From IMG/VR virus record IMGVR_UViG_3300033072_000529: a stretch of DNA of 64,000 nucleotides; one strand, written 5' to 3'. Below, one piece after another: positions 57,980 through 64,000 of this stretch (positions are counted from its first letter, which is position 1; each line of letters begins with the position of its first letter). Source of the stretch: a virus. Lineage: Duplodnaviria; Caudoviricetes. The notes beneath the pieces were generated by a model. That model did not search any database and was not told the DNA's origin. It saw only the letters and a list, made by a program, of their open reading frames with translations. A program made the translations under genes and the position numbers.

Positions 57980-58687
57980 ATGACTATAAAGTTAAATACT
58001 TCTCAATTATACCTATTAGGTGATATACATGCTAAATTCGATATATTGGAGAAATATATCGAATTGCTACCTAATGATGTAGCCATTATACAGGTAGGCG
58101 ACTATGGAATAGGATTTAAATCATTCGCGGAAGACTATGAACAGCAGTTTCATATAAACGAAAAACTGGCAAATAAAAATATCAAGATGTTTGTTATTCG
58201 CGGTAATCACGATGATCCATCAAAGTTTGTGGAAGATAGTGATATGAACTTTTCGTATATAACCTTTTTACCGGACTATACTACGTTAGAAGTCAATGAT
58301 AAGAGGATACTATGTGTAGGAGGAGCAATATCAGTTGATCGAGCGGATCGTATAGATAAGATATCATACTGGATTGATGAAATATTCCGTTTACCGGATG
58401 ACATGGCAGCAATATCAACAGACTATGATATATTAGTGACTCATGCTAGTGCCAAGGGAATGCCACCATTTACAACGGGTAATATACGATCATATATAGT
58501 AGATGATCCTAAATTAGAAGCTGATTTGCTTCAAGAAAGGAATCAGATATTACAATTATTACGACACCTTAAACAGGGACCGTTGACACATATGTATTTT
58601 GGACACTATCACCAATATCTAGCTGGTAGATGCGAAGGTGTATTTTACCGAGGATTGATGATAGGTGAAATGGTATCAATATTATAG
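57980..58687 (+). CDS. calcineurin-like metallophosphoesterase
   Basis: GDIH, VGDYG, RGNHD, GGA.SVDR, VTH, FGHYH. Confidence 0.9.
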   Translation: MTIKLNTSQLYLLGDIHAKFDILEKYIELLPNDVAIIQVGDYGIGFKSFAEDYEQQFHINEKLANKNIKMFVIRGNHDDPSKFVEDSDMNFSYITFLPDYTTLEVNDKRILCVGGAISVDRADRIDKISYWIDEIFRLPDDMAAISTDYDILVTHASAKGMPPFTTGNIRSYIVDDPKLEADLLQERNQILQLLRHLKQGPLTHMYFGHYHQYLAGRCEGVFYRGLMIGEMVSIL

Positions 58688-58939
58688 CTGAACAATATCG
58701 GGTAATTTCAATGTGTTAGATTGGGGTTGCAGTTGCGGTATAGGTGGAAGGATCAAGGGCGGAATAACTTCCAACTTTGGTCCTTCTATTTTTGGCATAG
58801 GGGTTACTTGTTGGGTAGCTAGGGTTTTGACGATCAATTCCAGGGCAACATGTTCACTAGATTGAATACATGTGATACCTAGATATAAAATTGTCGCACA
58901 CACTGCGACACACCGGAAGGTTTTACATATTTGCTTCAT
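58682..58939 (-). CDS. small membrane-anchored Pro-rich protein
   Basis: MKQICK then a hydrophobic helix and a Pro/Gln-rich tail. Confidence 0.45.
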   Translation of the reverse strand: MKQICKTFRCVAVCATILYLGITCIQSSEHVALELIVKTLATQQVTPMPKIEGPKLEVIPPLILPPIPQLQPQSNTLKLPDIVQL

Positions 58940-59720
58940 ATAATAATTTGTTTTTATAGGTTGATAAGGCTTCATATATTTTATACGTATCGGCAGCATA
59001 ATAACTGGCGGTGTCTGCTGCATTGATTTCTAATAGCTTGAGTTCATTATTAACTACGGCTATATCAATGACAAAATTAAAGATATTAGTGAAATATCCT
59101 GATTTTGCTATACTGGTAGCAAAATCCACCACTTTTTGGGGGATACCCGGTTGCACATCCAGTTCTTCATTGGTCATATATTGACAACCACTTATGTATG
59201 TATTACCTATGAATATTGTCCGATATTCAGAACTTATTCGGGATACAGGAGCATATACACAAGTTATATATTCAGGCTCTAGATTTTTCTGTTGTTTGAT
59301 ATATGCTATTTCTGAATTAAATTGTTCATTAGATTTGAACACTTGTCCCGAGAATGTTTTATACGGTTCTACAGGACGGATGAATAGTGGCATACTATCA
59401 AAATCGTGATACTTTTTAAAGTATGCCATATCCAAGAATTTTGTTTCTTTTGGATAAATTAAAATATCTCTAAATGCTGGAACCCATTGCAAGGCATCTG
59501 CATATGTATAACGTCTACCTAATAGGCGTGCTAATTCTAGACTTCCCCTGAATTCCTCTGCGTTTATCTTATTTTTGGTTTGTAAAAAGTCAGGAGTTCT
59601 GAACAATGTATTCAGATCGATAGGGTGAACATCAAAAAATGTTTCTATATTTTCGGCTGTTTGGGGATTATCATCCTCGTGGAACAACCCGCGTTGTACA
59701 TATATAATAGGCTTATTCAT
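58923..59720 (-). CDS. ATP-grasp (R2K/DUF4343-like) protein
   Basis: RGS, LFIRP...KTFSGQV, EYR, FVIDIA....KLLEIN. Confidence 0.75.
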   Translation of the reverse strand: MNKPIIYVQRGLFHEDDNPQTAENIETFFDVHPIDLNTLFRTPDFLQTKNKINAEEFRGSLELARLLGRRYTYADALQWVPAFRDILIYPKETKFLDMAYFKKYHDFDSMPLFIRPVEPYKTFSGQVFKSNEQFNSEIAYIKQQKNLEPEYITCVYAPVSRISSEYRTIFIGNTYISGCQYMTNEELDVQPGIPQKVVDFATSIAKSGYFTNIFNFVIDIAVVNNELKLLEINAADTASYYAADTYKIYEALSTYKNKLLYEANM

Positions 59721-60009
59721 AGTTCTGCTCATAGACACGCTCTGCTATGCGCTTTGCGACCAGTGCCGCCTGGTGCCATGCGTAACGTGCCTTTGTTTTG
59801 TTACCGCGCTTTTGCTCTGCCCAGAGCGCTTCGCCTTCTGTTTGCAGCTTATGCCATTTGATGGCCAGTTCGGGAAGGGTGAGATTCGCAGTGGCAGAAC
59901 GGGTCGCAATGAAAGACGCAGAACCAGGCACTGGAGGAGAGCACTTGGCACACGGCCTGTCCTCCCAATGGGCATCTCCACATTTTTCGCATGTAGTAAT
60001 TTTTGGCAT
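59713..60009 (-). CDS. small CxxC..CxxC protein encoded on high-GC DNA
   Basis: CEKC...CAKC; fits between neighbours on the same strand. Confidence 0.55.
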   Translation of the reverse strand: MPKITTCEKCGDAHWEDRPCAKCSPPVPGSASFIATRSATANLTLPELAIKWHKLQTEGEALWAEQKRGNKTKARYAWHQAALVAKRIAERVYEQNYE

Positions 60010-60010
60010 A

Positions 60011-60682
60011 TCAGCGTGCCTCCTCAGTTGTTGCGTTCATATGGTTTTGTCGCAACATTCTAGTATTCATCAATACTGTACCCAACACATTTAATCCTTG
60101 CCATTTATCCACATCATATGTGTCTGGATTATCTGGACCCATACCAATACCCCATATAGCATCCCATGGACTTGCTTCGCATATTATATAATTTTTATAC
60201 TTTATAGTTAGTAGTTCGTCTATTACTGGATTTTGTTTAAATTTCTCGAATAGAACTTTGGTCATATAATCTACTCTGATATTAGCCCAATACACAGGAT
60301 TATACCCTTTAATGGCACGTCCTAGAGTTTTTTGTATATTCGGGTGACTGGATCGCATAATCTCTTCGGCTTTTTCCCAATCCCCGAATATAACAGCCTT
60401 TCCAAACATCATGGCTTGTTCAGAACAGTTGAATGATATATTATTATTGGTTAATATATCACCATTATCATATAATTCATAATAACGATCCACATTGGAC
60501 TGTGAATAGGGTTGTATAAACCGGGTGAAGTCACCTGGTTTCATGTTAAATGCGCCCCATGGTTGATTTTTAAATGCACCATACCAGTTAGAAAAAAAGG
60601 ACCGCTGAAATGCCGCCACATTGTTTTTAATAGTTATACCGTTTTGTGCGATTTTAAGTTGTTCTTCGTGTAATGTATTCAT
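60011..60682 (-). CDS. NADAR (YbiA-like) family protein
   Basis: FSNWY, SEQ.MM..KA..FGD, K.LGR, KF.QN, EASP.D.IWGIG, W.G.N.LG..LM. Confidence 0.92.
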   Translation of the reverse strand: MNTLHEEQLKIAQNGITIKNNVAAFQRSFFSNWYGAFKNQPWGAFNMKPGDFTRFIQPYSQSNVDRYYELYDNGDILTNNNISFNCSEQAMMFGKAVIFGDWEKAEEIMRSSHPNIQKTLGRAIKGYNPVYWANIRVDYMTKVLFEKFKQNPVIDELLTIKYKNYIICEASPWDAIWGIGMGPDNPDTYDVDKWQGLNVLGTVLMNTRMLRQNHMNATTEEAR

Positions 60683-60683
60683 T

Positions 60684-61133
60684 TTATCTTATTTTTATAA
60701 TTGATCCGAAATTAGGTCGGATGCCTTTAGTCGGGTCGTGTTGGCTATATTTAGTATTTGCTATTGTGATATGGTAAGCTCTAGATGAGACATTGAAATT
60801 TTTAGCCACCACATCTAGTATGGGAGAATATATCTTTACCCAGTAATTAGTGAAATTAGCGTATTTTCCACCTACATGTATATATGGATTATAATACACC
60901 TCCACAGGTGTATTATGCCATCGATTTAATATTTTCTCTGATACATTTGGAGTGTAACGAGAATCCACTAAAGTAGAGTGGGCACCATGCATAGGCGTAT
61001 TCACCAGTACTTTAAAATGCTGTTCAATTAACCATTTATAATAATTGATAAAATCATTGGAATATATGACTTTTAACATCATATCTTCTTTCTGGATGAT
61101 ACCTTTTACTTTTAATGGAAAATCAGTGGACAT
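60684..61133 (-). CDS. 2H phosphoesterase-like protein
   Basis: Two Hx(S/T) motifs: AHSTL and YHITI. Confidence 0.55.
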   Translation of the reverse strand: MSTDFPLKVKGIIQKEDMMLKVIYSNDFINYYKWLIEQHFKVLVNTPMHGAHSTLVDSRYTPNVSEKILNRWHNTPVEVYYNPYIHVGGKYANFTNYWVKIYSPILDVVAKNFNVSSRAYHITIANTKYSQHDPTKGIRPNFGSIIKIR

Positions 61134-61944
61134 GGTGATCTAAATGGAGAGGCTTTTTCTTATTCATTATATTCTGGACATCTTTCCAAGAGAAAAATGC
61201 GGACGAATTGTATTTTCTACTGTTATCTATTCCTACGTCTAAGCGTTGACCATATTCATATTCTGTTGGACTGGACCATGGTAGATTACCGTGACTATGC
61301 CCATGTAATGACCAACAATGTTTTGGGGGTATCAATGGAGCCTGATGGCGACAATGTACCAATTGTTTTGGAGCTTTTTGAGATGGGGTAACTCGATCCG
61401 ATATACTGAAAATAGCATCGTTCCCGAAGAACACCATATCATATGCGGGATTAGTTGTCAATCCGAAGTCATATATAGGCACACAATCATCTGCCAGTTG
61501 GGGTATAGTCCCATCTTTATATGGTAGTTTGAATTTAATGGATTTACTCTGTATTGATAATGGATACATATCCATTGAACGCGCAGGCGTATCGTGCACA
61601 GGTATATTATGCTTCTTGAATATAAACTCGATAATCCGTTGATATATTCTATAATCATATGAACTATGATCGCCCCATATGATATATTTTATAGCAGGAA
61701 TATTTTGGAACCATTCTAGAGTTCCTTCATATGTACTATTCAATGTATTATCCCCTAATAGAATTAAAAGATCATTTGGTTTGAGAGAGAATAACTGATT
61801 TCTAAGCCATTCGTCGTGGCTGGATATATCCTTGAATCCGCGATCCCCATATATCCATGGTCTATCATGGTTGTAATGACAGTCAGACCCGAAGTATATG
61901 TTATTATATCGGTTGCTTAAAATTTGATGATGTACGTCTCTCAT
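61123..61944 (-). CDS. calcineurin-like metallophosphoesterase (start moved to ATG 61944)
   Basis: SDCH..H, LLGD, WGDH, LHGHSHG, DVGID; TTGACT-N16-TATATT-N5-ATG on the - strand. Confidence 0.85.
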   Translation of the reverse strand: MRDVHHQILSNRYNNIYFGSDCHYNHDRPWIYGDRGFKDISSHDEWLRNQLFSLKPNDLLILLGDNTLNSTYEGTLEWFQNIPAIKYIIWGDHSSYDYRIYQRIIEFIFKKHNIPVHDTPARSMDMYPLSIQSKSIKFKLPYKDGTIPQLADDCVPIYDFGLTTNPAYDMVFFGNDAIFSISDRVTPSQKAPKQLVHCRHQAPLIPPKHCWSLHGHSHGNLPWSSPTEYEYGQRLDVGIDNSRKYNSSAFFSWKDVQNIMNKKKPLHLDHHVH

Positions 61945-61949
61945 GGGGA

Positions 61950-62026
61950 AATATAACATGTGCATGGAAAAAGTCAACTTTTTGTTGACTTTTTGTTGAC
62001 TTTTGAGATGTAGTGCTGTATAAGTA
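61950..62026. promoter_or_regulatory. divergent sigma70-type promoters built on tandem and inverted GTTGACTTTTT units
   Basis: AAAAAGTCAAC then CTTTTTGTTGA x2; + strand TTGACT-N17-TATAAG. Confidence 0.6.
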
Positions 62027-62031
62027 GCGAT

Positions 62032-62406
62032 ATGAAAAAGATATTGATAGCATTACTAATGTGTTCACTGAGCGTGTCTTGTGTAGCGTTCAAAGATGGA
62101 CCAACTTACCTGGGGATTGTTGGCGGAGATGCCTCCCTTATTGAAATACCAAACAAGTTGACAATTAAAGATTTGAATACCTCCATTGCATTCAGTTCAA
62201 CTGTCAAAGCAGTCAAAGATATGTGGTCAAATTACCTGATCTCCGAAGGATTGAAATATGTCGCTGGACAATACTACAATCATGAGGGACAGGTGCTAAA
62301 GGCTAGTACTTCTGTCAAATTGGAAGAACTGAAAAATGCAAAGTCTGCTGCCGATGCAGCAGCAAAGTTAGAAGAACTTAAACTGTTAGAATCCACAACC
62401 CCTTAA
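62032..62406 (+). CDS. putative lipoprotein
   Basis: MKKILIALLMCSLSVSC lipobox-like signal. Confidence 0.6.
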   Translation: MKKILIALLMCSLSVSCVAFKDGPTYLGIVGGDASLIEIPNKLTIKDLNTSIAFSSTVKAVKDMWSNYLISEGLKYVAGQYYNHEGQVLKASTSVKLEELKNAKSAADAAAKLEELKLLESTTP

Positions 62407-62410
62407 TTAT

Positions 62411-63004
62411 ATGGTAAAAATGAACATGAAGAAGAAAGCATCTGCTGTCGATGATTCTATGCAAATAGCACTTATCATTCAGCAGGCAGAACAGCCTACG
62501 ACTAATACCCGATCCATCAAGGTGGCATATCCCCTCGTTCGCTCACTTATGAAGTCGTATACTCTGATATCAACTGGCAATGTAGAACAGTTGATCCCAA
62601 CTGATATCTTCATGAAAATGGTTAAAGCCTCGAATGCCAATAATAAGCTATTATATGATATTCATCCAGTGGCAATGACTGCTAAAGTAATAGCCAGACT
62701 AGCAGATATGGTCAAAGCCGTTGCTCAAAAATATAATGTCGAGGTTCGAGATTATAGAATTGATACACCAAATGGTTCATATAATACCATTTTGATAGAT
62801 CAACAGGTGAATGATGTGGAGTGGGCATACATGACTAAGGTTTATGATGATGCTATTACCAATAATAAAATATATGATTTGGAGAAGAAATTAGCATCAT
62901 TAGTACAGGTTCGCAATCAATTAGCACGGCAAGTGAAGCTAACTGCAATTGCGATTGATAAAACGGCTCGATCTATTCTCGATTTGGAGAAAACCATAAA
63001 GTAA
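62411..63004 (+). CDS. hypothetical protein with C-terminal coiled coil
   Basis: 197 aa ORF in the operon. Confidence 0.6.
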   Translation: MVKMNMKKKASAVDDSMQIALIIQQAEQPTTNTRSIKVAYPLVRSLMKSYTLISTGNVEQLIPTDIFMKMVKASNANNKLLYDIHPVAMTAKVIARLADMVKAVAQKYNVEVRDYRIDTPNGSYNTILIDQQVNDVEWAYMTKVYDDAITNNKIYDLEKKLASLVQVRNQLARQVKLTAIAIDKTARSILDLEKTIK

Positions 63005-63012
63005 TATTACAT

Positions 63013-63633
63013 ATGGCTGATGATTGGAGTTGGCAACCATATTGGAAATTTTTTAAGTTAGGTTATAAAGAACAATTATTCAATTCTTCCTTTAAAAGGA
63101 TAAAATCTATAATCTCTTCTATAGAGGGTTCTTGTCCATATAAAATAAAAACTAGCGTAGATAAAAGATTACATGTTGCCTGGGCGGTAGAAGGCAATAT
63201 AAACGACATATCCAAAACCATAGTATTTAACTCTAGAGAGAAAATATCAGAATGGATGATATGGCATGAGTTGGGGCATATTCACGATAAAGTGGTATCG
63301 AATCGACTATTTGATCGTGATAGTAGCCTATTCAACCATATAAATGGCGACTGGAAATCCAGGAATGCCCAATTAACGTGGCGTGCAGCCAGTGAATATA
63401 TTGCCCATAAATGGGCGATAGATAAAGCTATTGCGCTGAAACGATGGGATGTGCTAAAGGGATTATTATATTGTATGATCTTTATACCTAAAAATGGATA
63501 TTCTGATGAAAACTACTATAGAATAGCATTTGACAGATTGGAACAATTACCCTATATTGAGCGACTGGTTAAAGAATATTGCCATCCCCAAGTATATCGT
63601 ATGCGGGGTTCTTGGTGGAAAATGTGTCAGTAA
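63013..63633 (+). CDS. zincin-like (HEXXH) metallopeptidase
   Basis: WHELGH followed by E..A..WA. Confidence 0.65.
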   Translation: MADDWSWQPYWKFFKLGYKEQLFNSSFKRIKSIISSIEGSCPYKIKTSVDKRLHVAWAVEGNINDISKTIVFNSREKISEWMIWHELGHIHDKVVSNRLFDRDSSLFNHINGDWKSRNAQLTWRAASEYIAHKWAIDKAIALKRWDVLKGLLYCMIFIPKNGYSDENYYRIAFDRLEQLPYIERLVKEYCHPQVYRMRGSWWKMCQ

Positions 63634-63640
63634 AAAAAGT

Positions 63641-63668
63641 TTGACAAAAGATAAGAAAAAAGTATAAG
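63641..63668 (+). promoter_or_regulatory. sigma70-type promoter
   Basis: TTGACA-N16-TATAAG. Confidence 0.7.
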
Positions 63669-63680
63669 TATACGACAGAC

Positions 63681-63785
63681 ATGAAATCATTTCTCATAAA
63701 TCCTATTTGCCCGGTAAGCCATAAATGGCAGGGCACTGGCATGTCCTATATAAACGAGTTTAGTGTAAAAACTTATCGTTTATAA
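63681..63785 (+). CDS. unannotated 34-aa candidate leader peptide
   Basis: MKSFLINPICPVSHKWQGTGMSYINEFSVKTYRL, directly after the promoter and directly before alternative hairpins. Confidence 0.5.
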   Translation: MKSFLINPICPVSHKWQGTGMSYINEFSVKTYRL

Positions 63786-63786
63786 C

Positions 63787-63970
63787 TCCAAAGTCCTAAA
63801 CCACTTTGGAAACAATAACCAAACTGTGGTGTCTTTAAAAGATTTCAGCCCAAATACGAGAAATGCTAAGGTTGATACGATTTATATTGGATGCCCGATA
63901 TAAAGGAAATGGAGGAAATCCATTCGTTATTGCTTAAAATAACGTTATAACGTTATTTTAACGGCGAATG
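63787..63970 (+). promoter_or_regulatory. structured non-coding leader / possible ncRNA
   Basis: Several stems, including mutually exclusive hairpins at 63787-63830 and a perfect 28-bp palindrome at 63934-63961. Confidence 0.5.
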
Positions 63971-64000
63971 AAATTATTATGGCAAAGAGAGATAAAAAAC

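Noticed and set aside
59625-60191. Several overlapping ORFs in multiple frames
   Set aside because: Expected from locally high GC (few stops); only 59713..60009 fits the operon
61968-62005. Tandem 11-mers as CRISPR or iteron array
   Set aside because: Only two to three abutting copies with no spacers; explained by divergent -35 boxes
1-64000. CRISPR arrays, tRNA or rRNA genes, stop-codon reassignment
   Set aside because: No repeat-spacer array or cloverleaf seen by eye; genes are full length in code 11 and end in TAA, TAG and TGA

Overview
This window is a densely coding, AT-rich (roughly 35% GC by eye) segment of a large T4-like myophage genome, read in the standard code. + strand, 1-35.9 kb: late sigma factor gp55 and gp47, then a ~15 kb island of about ten glycosyltransferases plus heptose/nucleotide-sugar enzymes (with an antisense LAGLIDADG endonuclease). 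After it come gp46, a further glycosyltransferase, and a DNA polymerase gp43 fractured into two genes by a Ser/Ser split intein with a Vsr-like homing endonuclease between them. These are followed by an Hc1 histone-like gene, uvsX, gp41, gp32, a probable gp45 and a PG-binding/CHAP endolysin. - strand, 35.9-57.9 kb: a baseplate/tail block in which a gp5-like gene appears split by an antisense AAA+/M41 protease gene, plus phoH and gp4. This block also holds a late operon (GT2 - APS kinase - GT2 - sulfotransferase-like) directly behind a putative virion protein with a mucin-like Thr/Ser/Pro tail. 58-64 kb: nucleotide-repair/counter-defence-like genes (phosphoesterases, ATP-grasp, NADAR, 2H), a small high-GC cassette, and a leader-peptide/attenuator-like structured region at the right edge. 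Best candidates for something new: (1) a phage-encoded sulfated mucin-type glycoprotein system, (2) the trans-spliced polymerase, (3) apparently leaderless early and late transcripts across the window, (4) the leader-peptide attenuator, (5) the fractured gp5. All protein calls come from reading motifs by eye; no database search was run.
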